A DNA stretch of 64,000 nt. Origin: the human T2T-CHM13v2.0 reference genome, Homo sapiens. A program made the position numbers and the translations under genes. This document shows, in pieces, positions 51,651-64,000 of this stretch. Within the stretch, counting starts at the first letter, position 1. Each line of letters starts with the position of its first letter. The notes beneath the pieces were generated by a model. It was given only the letters and a program-made list of their open reading frames with translations, had not been told where the DNA came from and made no database searches. Location: NCBI RefSeq assembly GCF_009914755.1, contig NC_060929.1. The stretch is one strand, 5' to 3'.

Positions 51651-53632
51651 CAAACAGACACAACATAATACAGCTACATTTCTAGACTATCTAATTCTTC
51701 TCACCCACGGCCCCAGTTGGATTGAATAGTCTGCTAAAATTAAAGTGAACAGCAAACACCGAGCTCTGTTTTAGGAAACCTTTTTTGTGTTTTGCTCAGC
51801 ATTGACATTGGTTATTGATGCCTAATCTTCAATAGATCTTGTAGGCATTCTAGAACTCATGGAGTTAGTGGTTTTTTCCATAGAATAACCATCTCTGTAT
51901 TTTCACATACAGATGGTTGGGGATTCTGCCCTAGAGTGGGCTAGGACAGGAGGAAATACTTGGAATATCAGGTGCAGCCATGTAAGCAGCTCATTAGAAG
52001 GGCTCATTTACTTTCCAGTAGACATTTCTCTCACTGGGGCTGGTTTCCTTCTTTGGCTCTGGGAGTACTGCCAAGTCACTTTTCCCTCCTGGGAGGAGAG
52101 GGGGTCAAGGGTGGATTGGGGAGACAGCCTCTCCTTCCTCTTGTGTGCCCACCTGCTGGAAATAGAAATTGTGTCTCTTAGTTTCAAATGGTGTTGCCCA
52201 CGAGAAGCAGTCATGGGGCAGGCAGAGTACAAAGCTTTCCCCCTTGCTCTGTTGTTGGGGATTGGCAGGGAGTGGGGAGGGAGGAAGGATTAGTAGGCTG
52301 GGGTTGGGAAGGGGTAGATGTCTGAGGGTTTCCTCTGTGGAAAGAGGTGAGCAGGGTGGACCTTAGGGAGGGCGACAGGTCTCATCTACTTAATAACTTG
52401 TCTCATCTCCTCCTCCTAACCTCTGCAAGGGGCAGGGGGTGGGGAAGGGGAGTCCCAGTTGATTCCCTGCAAAATATGCCTGCAAATGAGGCAGCTGACT
52501 GGGAGCATCCATACTATTTAGATACAGAACCCACATGGCTGTGAATTCCCCAAATCTCAAGCACATTGTAGAATAGTCACAGAATCTGAGCAATACCTGA
52601 CTATCTAAATGGCCCAATTTCTCTCTTAAGAAGCTTTTAGGAGAAATAAGGTCACATAAAAATCAAGGTAGCAAGCAGTATTATTCCTCCAGGCATCTTT
52701 GAGTCAGAAAGAGCCTGAATTTTAAAAATAAAAACTGCTGTCTTGCTTAATATATTCTCTCTTCTAATAAGCCACCAAGCAGCCATTGTACTCTCCCAAG
52801 CCAGTGGACATATATCTTGCTAAGACACATGTGTCCACAGTCAGGATATTGTCTAGGAAACCTGAGTCTGCAGCCTGCGCAGGAGCCGCCATCACTGCAT
52901 TAATTCCTTCCAGAAGAATAGAAACCCAGGCTCAAGGCAGCAGCACAGGGTCCCCGAAGGACACATTGCCATTTATTTTCGGTGTGATTATTTTCCATTA
53001 CACACTTGCAAGGGGTGTTTTTGAATGCTATCTTACTTTCTTTTCATGTCCCTTCATTTACTGCACCCCTAGAGACAGTCAAAATCTCCAGGCCACACTC
53101 TGCAATAAAAACTCAGCAAGTTTAGAGGATACAGCATGAAGCTTCCCAGACGGCCAGAAGTTCTGCTGACGGTACTAAAATTCAGGAGCCTCATCTAGCA
53201 TCCCAGGCAGGTGTGTCTATTCAGTGAATAGGAAGCTGGAAATGTTTCCTTCGAGGATGGCTTCTCTTCTTCCCGTGGGCTAAGAGTTGGTGTATTTTCC
53301 TTCTGGACTGCCTTGATCCCTGACTTGGCCAATTCTGAATGTCAGACCAGTTTCTGGGGGCTCTGTTTGCATTCTGGAGGTTACGGTCCTCAGGTTCTTT
53401 TGTACTATGATGGGCTGGGGATAAGTCCCTTCAGCAGGGGTGGAAGGCCCTTTATGAACTGTGGTCTATGATCAGAATCTTGTTCCACTCAGAGCTTTTC
53501 TCAACTGCCCCTGAGTGCATGATGACAGAAAACAGTCATAATCAGTCCTTGGTCTCTAAGTGCAAGGAACCCTCTAAATGTATTCATAGCAAAACAGTAT
53601 GTTTCACCACCGAAATATACTCATAGAGCTGA

Positions 53633-53980
<348 letters not shown>

Positions 53981-54061
53981 TCTCCCCTATTTCTATACAT
54001 TTCTGAACTGTGTCAAGATCACTTTGGTGCATTTTGGGAAATGCCTCAGTTGCATCAAAAT

Positions 54062-55062
54062 CAATGGTTCTCCAAAGCATCAGAATCACCTGGAGGGCTT
54101 GTTAAACATGGCTTACTTGAACCCTCCCCCGGAGCTTCTGATTAAGTAGGTCTTAGGTGGGACTCAAGAATTTGCATTTATGACTAGTTCCTGGATATGC
54201 TGGGTCAGAGTGTGTGTCCTCTGTCTTAATCCGTTTTGGGCTGCCATTAAAAAAATACTGTAGCCTGGGTAGCTTATAAACAACAGAGATTGGTTTTTCA
54301 CAGTTCTACAGTCTGGGAAGTCTAAAATCAAGGTGCTAAAAGATTTGATGTCTGGTGAGGGCTTGCTTCCTCAAAAATTTCTGTCTTCTTATTATAACCT
54401 CACATGGCAGAAGGGGCAAGGGATCTCTCTTGGAATCTCTTTTATAAGGGCACTAATCGAGTTCATGAGGGCTCCACACTCATGACCTAATCACCTCCCA
54501 AAGGCCCCACCTCCTAATACCATCACCTTGAGGGTTAGGATTTCAACATATAAGTTTTGGAGTGATGCAAACAGTCAGCCCATAGCAAGCCCCAAATTCA
54601 TGTCCTTCCCGGGACCTCATAATAAAAACTTATTTGGGAATAGAATTGTTGCTGATGTAATTAGTTAAGATGAGGTCATACTAGAATAGGGTGGGCCCTT
54701 AATCCAATTTGCCTGGCATCCTAATAAGGAGAGACCCACAGACAGGGACACAGAGGAGAATGCCATGTGACAACAAAAGCAGAGAGGGGAGTGATGTGTC
54801 TACAAACCAAGTAGGCCAACGATTTCTGGCAATGGCACAAACTAAGCGGAAGGCATGGCACAGATCCTTCCTTGGTGCCTTCAGAGAGAATGTGCCCCTG
54901 CTGACATCTTGGTCTTGGACTTTTAGCCTCCAGAACTGTTAGAGAATACACCTTTGTTGTTTTAAGCCGCCAGCTTGTGGTAATTTGTTATGGGCAGCCC
55001 TAGGACATGAGTACAGGAGATGCTGATATTGGTGGTCCTGATAAAGCACTTTAAGAACCACT
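54062..55062. mobile_element. Nested cluster: MER5A (54062-54197 + 55016-55062) > MLT1C-type LTR, + strand (54198-54221 + 54588-55015) > MLT1A-type LTR, - strand (54222-54587)
   Basis: MER5A ends caatggttctc / taagaaccact. The outer LTR is flanked by ggata/ggaga. The inner LTR runs tgtcttaatccg...cccatagca. Confidence 0.75.
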
Positions 55063-55444
55063 CATGGAAATTAATTAGATTATTTCCTTCTTCTTCAACT
55101 CCTCTCTCTCCTTACAGTGTCCATGATGAATTTTCTTTCCAAAATAATTTCTACTTGCATCTGCCAGCGCCTTCTTAATTCCCTAAGAAGAATTTTCACC
55201 AGCTCCTGGTTCCTTAATACTTCCCTGATTCTTGTTCCTGATCTTTTTAACCCCATGTAATCCATGGGGGCCCTTTCCAGCTATGTTGTGGTAAAATGAG
55301 ATCTCTGATTCCTCTATCCTGATAGGGAATTGTTACTTCATGTGGTTGGATTTCACACACTCTAGGAAGAGAAAGACACAGGTAGCAGGAAACCGTTGTA
55401 AGAGCCATCAGGGAACTGGAGAGACAGGGTGGGAGTGAGGGGAT

Positions 55445-55765
55445 TTTGGCTTCAGGAAGACAAGCATTAAGAGGGATTTATCTGCCTTCAAATATATGAA
55501 GTGTTACTGCGCATAAGATGCAGACAGCATGCTTTCCATCTCCTCTGAGAATGAGCCAAAGGCAGGCAGGCTGAGGGAGAAGAACTTTGAGTGGACAGAA
55601 AGAATTTTCTGAGGTTGAAGGTTTTAAGTCACTGGAATGTCAAGGGAGAATTTTAAGTAAGAGTAGACACCTCTTTATTAAATTTGATTTAGATGGGGCC
55701 CTTTGTGGAGCCAGGCAAATGAACAAGATAGACTTTGGAGGTACTGTCTGCTTTCTGAGTCTGCA
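55445..55765 (+). mobile_element. Ancient LINE (L3/CR1-like) fragment
   Basis: ctgccttcaaatatatgaag...gaaagaattttctga...gactttggaggt resemble the CR1/L3 3' region. Confidence 0.4.
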
Positions 55766-55979
55766 AACTTGCAAAAGCAGGAAAAATGTCCATTTGGGAA
55801 AAAAATTAGCTCAAAGGAAAGAAACACTTCTCTGATGATATATTTGTGATCTTAGATAGGGAATCTGCCTGCATTTTTTCTTTTATATTTTTAATTGAAT
55901 ACCTATAAAGACACCCTTTTGTGTTAAGCAGTGAGATTGGTTAGAAGCTTTGGTTTTTAATCCCTCTGGTATTATCTAG

Positions 55980-56283
<304 letters not shown>

Positions 56284-56339
56284 TTATCTAGGCTTTTCAA
56301 ATACAATTTTTTTCACCTGCAGGATGACAAAAGTAGTAC

Positions 56340-56852
56340 ATATTTGTTTTCTATTGCAACATAAACAATCACAAACTTAGCAGCTTAAAATAGCATAGTT
56401 ATTCTCTCACAGTTTGCATAGGCCAAGAGTCTAGACATGACTTCTGGATCCTGTCCTCAGGATCTCACAAGGCTGCCATCAGAGTGCCCGTGGCCTGTGT
56501 TTCTTTCTGGAGTTTGGGATCGTTTTCCAAGCTTTCATGATTATCAGCTGACTTCAGTTCCTTTCAGCTGGAGGACTGAGGTCCCTACTCAGTTGCTGGC
56601 TGCCAGCTGGGGAATGCTGTCAGCATCTGGATTCCTCGCAATTCCTGGGCCTTCTCACAACATAGCTGCTCATTTCTTCAAGGCCAGTGGGAGAATCTCT
56701 CCCTCTGTAATAAGACCATGAGAGTGACGTCCCACCACCTTCTTCATACTCCCTGTTGGCTAGAAGCCAGTTACAGTTTCTGCCTGCGCTGAAGGGGAGG
56801 GGCTGATAGATGGCTGTCACTTGTTGGGGCCATCCTAGAATGCTGCCTGCCA
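56340..56852 (-). mobile_element. MaLR LTR (MLT1D/E-type)
   Basis: ttttctattgc...cacaaacttagcagcttaaaa...tctcacaaggctgc...ggggccatcctagaatgctgcctgcca. Confidence 0.7.
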
Positions 56853-57084
56853 TGGGTGGTTGGGAAGGATGCCCAGCTGCCAGGGAGGGCTGCATCCAAA
56901 GGCTTCTACTTTATCTGGGATTCATCTGCTTAAATAAATTTAAATGCAGAAATGGAATTCCAAATGGAATACAGAAAGTGTGAATGATCCCAGCTTTACA
57001 CTCTAGTTGTGCCCTAAAGCTCCATTAGGCAGTCAATTGTTGGAAGTTAAGTACTTTAATGAAGGACTTTCTTTTTCTAGGTAA

Positions 57085-58230
57085 TATAGTATAGAAGGTA
57101 GACCTTAGAGCCAGACTGCCTGGGTTCAAATCCTGGCTGATACTTGCCCTGTGCAGTTTTGGGCAAGTCATTCAGCATCTCTGTGCCGTTTTCCTCATGT
57201 ATTAACATAAATGGTGTTCATAACAGCACTTACTTCATGGAGTGGTAGTGAGGATGAAATTAGTTAATATGCATGAAGAGCTTAGAATAATGCCTGGCTC
57301 CTCATAAACACTGTCTATGCGCTATGATCTGGGTTAGGACAGCAGGCATCACATGCCATCCTTATGCACGACATTCCCATGGGCATGCTTAGGATTCTGG
57401 GCATTTCTTGGCTTGTAGCTATGGCTCTGTTCCTTTCTCTTACACTCAGGGAAGCATTTCAGAATGCTAAAAAAGAAAGTGACATTACTCTAGGGGTAAG
57501 TCTGAACGAGGACTGATTTTTTAAAATTAAATGATCTATAAATTTCAGTTCTCCTAAGTAGTAATAATAATGACAGCTGAATTTGAGCATTTACTGTATG
57601 TTTTCCAACATACATACATTCATAGACTTTCCAGTCTATGAAATGCTGTGATGTGAGCATCTCATTTGGTCTTCACGACACCTCATAAGTAGGTACTATT
57701 ATCCCCTTTTTATAGAGTTGGAGCCTGAGGCTTATTTCCTTAACCCAGCTGGTCAGTGGTGAAGCCTTAGATGGAAAAACGTGAAGCAGCTATACTCTGG
57801 AACCCTCTGTCTTATGAGCTATTCTGTAACATTTTCCCATCTTACTACTGGCAACTCACCTTTCAACTCATGTGCTGTAAAATTACAGTCAACAAATGCT
57901 GACATAAATGACACAAAAGGGGAGAAAAACTGTGGGTTCTTATTTGTTTGCTTAGTTGAGGGGGGCATGGTAATTGTAGACAGAGGGAAACAATTCAGGG
58001 TATATACATACTAGAGGAGCACCCACTAGGTTTCAGGCACTGTGCAGTGTTTCTCACTCACCATTGTCTCACTGGATCCTCAGAAATACTGTGGAAGCCT
58101 ATTATTTTATTACCTTCTTTCTGCAGATGAAGACGTTGATGCTCAAAAGTCGCTAATGAGAAGCTGAGCCAAGAGTCAGATCCAAAGTCCTTCCAGCTCT
58201 GAAGCCTGCATTGTTTCCAACGCATGATGT
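57085..58230. mobile_element. Cluster of MIR fragments (57085-57320 +; 57560-57820 -; 58010-58230 -)
   Basis: agagccagactgcctgggttcaaatcctggct; gtaggtactattatccc; ctgcagatgaagacgttgatgctca. Confidence 0.65.
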
Positions 58231-59059
58231 TGTCTGAATGGTGAGCAATGGAAGACAGAAGATACTAACATGGTAGAAATTATCCTGAGTGGGGAGAGAG
58301 AAGGCCCTGGGGTGCTGCGAGTGTCCTGGGCAGGCAGCAGGGAGCCCCTTTAGCCCTGACTAGCTTGGTTGCATTTCTGATGGGTTTGACATCAACAGGC
58401 TCTGCTGAGTCCCAATTTGGCTAGGTACCACCACTTGTAGCACAGGGCAGATCACTCCAATGCCTGCAGCATTCATTTCTCAATTTTCAAATAAAACTAG
58501 CTTTGTTTGAAGGACAAAGTGAGATGATTTTTGACAGCACTGGGTAGATGCAATAACACTTTGCACTTTTCATTTAAACAGATACTTTAAATGTGAAGGT
58601 AGAAAGGAGAGAAAAAAGATTAGCTGTGGGTGGAGAGGGGGAGATGCTGTTGATGAGAAGCAAGCACTATCCATGAGATATTATTATGAGCCTTTGCAGA
58701 AGAACACAATCCAATCCTGGAGCCTTAGACGTCACTCCAGAATGCCATTGGAACATTTTCTCAGTTCACTTTTAGAACTTAGACAATAAGTGAGTAAACA
58801 GAAAACTTCCTGATAAACAGAAGTATTTTAAACACTTAATGGAGAAAAGAGCTCAGTGATTGGCAATGAGAGGGTCACATTGTTAGTTTCCAAGTGCAAA
58901 AGCTGAACAAAATGGATTAGGAATCATGCCTGATTCAATTTCTGGCTCAACAACTTAGCTATAAAATTGGGTAGAGTCTCCTCGAGCCTCTGTTTTCTCA
59001 GTTCTAAGGTGGAGATAACAACAATCTTGTAAGGTATTTGAAGTGATTAAATTAGGCAG

Positions 59060-59475
59060 TGCTATGGTTTTGCTCTTTGCCCCTTCCAAAACGCATGTTG
59101 AAACTTAATCCCAATGTGGCAGTAGTGAGAGGTAGGGCCTTTAGGAGGTGACTGGGCTATGAGAGCTCTGCCCTCATTTGTGGATCAATGTATTCACGGG
59201 TTAATGGGTTATCATGAGAGTGGGACTTGTGGCTTTGTAAGAAGAAGAAGAGACACCTGAGCAAAGATGCTTAGCCCCCTTGCCATGTGATGTCCTGCAC
59301 CTCCTCGGGACTCTGCAGAGAGCCCCCGCCAGCAAGAAGGCTCTCACCAGATGAAGTCATTCAACCTTGAACTTCTCAACCTCCATAACTCTAAGAAATA
59401 CATTTCTTTTTCTTTTTAAATAAATTATCCAGTTTCAAGTATTCCGTTACAAGCAACAGAAAACAGACTAAGACA
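59060..59475 (+). mobile_element. MaLR solo LTR (MSTB/C-type) inserted into a MIR
   Basis: tgctatggttt...gttgaaacttaatcccaatgtggcag...agcaacagaaaacagactaagaca; TSD-like ggcag/ggaag. Confidence 0.85.
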
Positions 59476-61288
59476 GGAAGTGATTCAATTAGCACAGTGC
59501 ATGGCACCTATAAAACGCTCATTAGTGATACCTGCTGCCGCTGTTTCTACTCTTCTGCTGAATTACTATTAAAATAAGAATGAAGCCCAAAACAAAAACA
59601 TGGTCACTTTAGAGTAATACTATTTAGAGAAGTTTTTCTGATTTGAGTCCCATCCTTGGATTCCAACATGCAGGAGACTAAGGAGTGGTGGGACCAGGCA
59701 GAAAGAAACATGCCCCAGATGTTTTGCTCAGATATTCTGGCATTGGAAACAGTGTGGTATGAAAAGATAATTTTGAGCTTCAGGAATAACTGGGTAATGA
59801 CTTTAGAAGAGAATCTATGTGCCATCTCTCAGGTGCAATGGAGGTTAACAACGACAACAGCAGCCGTGGAAGTGGGGTGGAGATGGAGGTGGAGGGTATC
59901 CTTTTCTCTACATATGTCAACGGGCCTGCAAGAGGATTTGGCAGTGTGCTCAGGGGTTTAGGGCACAGATTCTGGAAGCAGGTTTGGTATATAGGGCCTT
60001 AGATAACTCATGTAGGATTTCTTTTGCCTTAACTTTCTCCTCTCTAAAATGAGGAGAAGAGGGTTGTACTACTGCTAACCACACAGACTTCTGTAGTGAT
60101 TCAACAAGGCAGCACACATATGAAGGCCTTAGCAATGCTAGACACACAGGAAGGCCTCAAAAATATTAACTCATATTATAGCTAACCCTATTATTCAAAG
60201 GTAACAGATTCAGCAAAACTAAAATAGGAAAATAAAAAACTAGAGGGTATTAAATCTAGGTCTAGAATTGTGATTCCACTTCTTGAGTGTCCCTGCCAAC
60301 CTGTCTTTCTTGGAGCTAAGAATTCTCTTCACGTTCAGTCATGCATATCTGTCCATATTGTCATTGAAACACATATTATTGTAAAAGTATATCCAGAAAA
60401 GGTATTTTTAAGGTGCCCACATTTTCTATCTCCTGGCAGTGGAAGGACTTTGACTTCAGGGAAAATTTTAGGACACTGGGAAGGTCAATTACTCTTTTAA
60501 GATCATAATATCCTTACAAAAGGGTCCCATATGACCAACCAAGAATCACAGTATATGAAGCACATTCACCTAGAGATGAAAACTATTCATTTCTGACTCT
60601 TGTAGACTCCTAAGTGTTCTAAATATGATGTATAGCTGAAAACAAAGTTTAAAAGCTGATTTCAGAAGAAACCATTAAGCATATCCTGAAAGAAATCAGT
60701 TGATTTTACCTATTTGGGAAAACCTTTCAGCACAGAGAAGCGTAAAACAGAATGGTTGTCCTTTTGCAAAAAGCTCGTTTTGCAGGAGTCAGAAGGAGAA
60801 GCAGAAAGGCGGGTCTGCCAATGGCTTGAGATAAGTCTTTGGGAGAACTGCAGGCAGCCTGAACCTCATAAAGAGCTTATCCAGAAAGAGACATGAATAT
60901 GATTATCCCTGGCTTTCAAGAGAGTGCAATAAACCAAGCTGGAAGATTGGTTTCTTTCTCTTCAGGCATGAGAGTGAAAGGCATTACCCCTTCCCCATGT
61001 CTCCCCACCTTTCCACTGCCCACCCCAATTTGAGCAGGCACAAGATTGCCTATGAAAAGTGCCATCAAAGCTTCAAAGACTCACTAGAGACCACCAGTTT
61101 CTGACCTCTGGTCAAACACTCCAATGTGTGATGTGCCTGTTTCCCACGGACTATCCACATTCCCAGCTGGGTTTGTGGATAGTGGAATTGGGTTTGTCTC
61201 AACTCCACACTCGTCAGATGGTTGTCTCATAGGAAAAACCAGCCAAGGGATATATATTTTGGGAGGCTGTTCTCCCAGAGGGTTAAGG

Positions 61289-61823
<535 letters not shown>

Positions 61824-62199
61824 TTTTTTTTTTTTTTTTTAAATTTAAAGCCATAGTAGTCCTTAAGAAACCTCCCATTTAGAAAAAATGTTGAAAAGGT
61901 GGAGAGGGACTAGAACACAAAGGACTCATGGAGGGACTGGGAAGGACACATCTGAAACAGTAATTCACAGCATGAAGGTGCCAGGCCAGGTCTGGAAAAG
62001 ATGCCCAGTCCAGAGTGAGAGAGCAGCACACAGCAGGCCCCCAAATAGTTCAGCTCCAGTGGCCATGCCCTCCACCAGCAGCCAGCTCATAAGGCTTTCT
62101 CTGTCCCTTCTCTTCCTCCTTTTATCCCTGGCTCCCATCCTACCCAACCCTACTGGAAAGATGAATAAAAAAAGTTAAAAAGGAAAAAGAAAAGGTATA

Positions 62200-62600
62200 T
62201 TTATTAGAAATGTGTTCGGCTGTGAGTAACTAAAAGCCCACTTTATGGTGGCTTAAAGAGGGGTCCATTTTTCTCAAAGCATAACAAGTTTGGATATTTC
62301 CTGACTTTTGTCAGTGGCTTGGTCCTGGCTAAGGTCTTTGTGATTCCCTTGGCTTTCCCGACATGTCTCATGGTCACAAAGTGGCTGCTGTAGTTCTAGC
62401 TATCAAGTCTGTCTTCAAGGCACAGGAAATGGGAAGGGGATAGGGAGGGACCTGTCCCTACTTGCAACATAGCAAAACTTTCCATAAGTGGCCAGATTTC
62501 TGCTTATGTCACACAGTTCAGTACAAAATCCCATCACTTTCTCGGCCACCAGCAAGGCTGGGAAAATGGTGGCAAGGTAGAAGAGAATGGATATTGGATT
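62200..62600 (-). mobile_element. Old MaLR LTR (MLT1J/K-type)
   Basis: ggctgtgagtaactaaaagccc...ggcttaaag...ggtcacaaagtggctgctgtagttctagc...gcaaggctgggaaa. Confidence 0.55.
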
Positions 62601-63639
62601 CAATCAGTCAGTAATGTTTACCAAAAGAGGCAATGCAGAATCTATTAAAAATGAGAGATCTCCCCCAAGAGATTTCTGGGCTGCACCCTGGTTGATTCTG
62701 ATAATCATCCAGACTAGGGAGCCACTGGCCTATGTAAAAATCTCTGCATCCCCAACAACCTAGTTGGGGATTAATCCTATAGACAGTGAGTACTTGAAAA
62801 TTAGAACATCTGACCTTCTTAATCTTTCCTGGAAGGAAGGAGACTAAAATGAAGTGAGCCAGTGGTGTGCATACACTGTTCTGCAAGGTGATAACATCTA
62901 GGGACCGGAGAAAGAGCCTTTATCCTTTTACAGGAGGCTGTAAGACAATAGAAACCAAGCTTGTTAACCAATAAATAGACGAGAAGCCTTGGGACAAAGG
63001 CCTTCTTTTTGGTAAAAATCAGAAGTGAGCAGGAAGGACTCACCCTGAAATTCTCAAACGTGGAGAATTGGAGAATGAGTTGTCTCAGGGTGCACATAGC
63101 TGGACGGTAGTCTCCATCTTAGGGCAGATGGTAACAGTCCTTCTCTCTTCATGCGGCTCCTATATGCCGAGTGCAGGCACTTCACTTGGTTATAAGAAGC
63201 TTTAAGCTGCAACCAGATGCTTCCCTTTTCCCTTCCCTACCACTGGAACAGTTGGAGTTAAGCTCTAGGCTGATTTCTTGCCCAGAGCACATGGTCCTCT
63301 CCTTCTTGTTTCTGCTGATGAGAGCTTAGTTACCAAAGATCTGAGCTCTAAGCCCTCCTCAAAAGCAACAGCTCAGGGAGGTGCTGACCAAAGCCTGTGG
63401 TTCAAATTTTAATACAGTGTCTTCGGGGGAGCTGGGAGGACCTATATTCAAATGAACTGAGGACTTCAGTTGCCTCTTGTTCAAGATGAAGAATCCCGTT
63501 GGCTCAGAATGGGAACCCCAACTTTCAAAGCCATTTTTCCCCACGTATATTGATTTTTCCATAGTGTCAACTGTCATTTACCAGGTAGGTACCCGCCTGC
63601 TTCATTGTCCCTTGGGTGAGTGAAGACATCACCACTTGT

Positions 63640-63880
63640 TAATTGCTCACCAGGCACTGGACCAAACTCAACACATTAATTTTCTTACTAGGCTCAGTGG
63701 TGGCTTGGCTGAAGAAGACTTCATGATCACTCCCATTTTGAAGATCAGCACATTGAGGTTCAGAGTGGTGAAATGACTCGAAGTTCCTATGGAGAGTAAA
63801 TGGGAAACATCAGAGGAATGATTTGAACCCTGGTCTGTCCACCTTCAGTGCCCATACTTTGTCCTCCATGCTTTGAAGCA
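63640..63880 (-). mobile_element. MIR
   Basis: cccattttgaagatcagcacattgaggttcagagtggtgaaatgact...atttgaaccctggtctgtc. Confidence 0.7.
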
Positions 63881-64000
63881 CAAATCATGATTCAGGTGAA
63901 GAAAGATATTTTAAGAGCTATGAAGATTGCTGGTATTCTCAACAACAAGAGCTCTGTGGTCACATGTGAGTCTAGTTTGGGTTGTTGCTTTTCAAACTTA

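Overview
This is primate, most likely human, genomic DNA: AT-rich, CpG-depleted, dense in Alu/MIR/L1/L2/MaLR repeats, and carrying an AluYg6-like copy. The first ~23.3 kb is the 3' end of a + strand gene that I recognise from its C-terminus (...TRQDGETGDGAKENIVYL*) as ARHGEF28 (RGNEF/p190RhoGEF). It contributes a 78-nt phase-1 cassette exon (4422-4499), a ~17.7-kb final intron, the terminal coding exon (22186-22355) and a ~1-kb 3'UTR with AATAAA at 23313. The remaining ~40 kb looks intergenic, with old and young transposable elements, candidate CTCF and RFX sites and enhancer-like unique sequence. Apart from the ORF containing the terminal exon, the ORF track is chance or repeat-derived. I found no convincing new biological system. 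The most unusual signals are small: a palindrome with a templated-looking insertion (5228-5348), a recursive-splice-like 21-nt in-frame microexon (4880-4900), a ~140-bp tandem duplication across an Alu tail (61289-61567), a tail-less Alu with perfect TSDs (53704-53980) and a triple-nested TE (54062-55062). Repeat subfamily names were assigned by eye from remembered consensus sequences and need RepeatMasker/Dfam confirmation.
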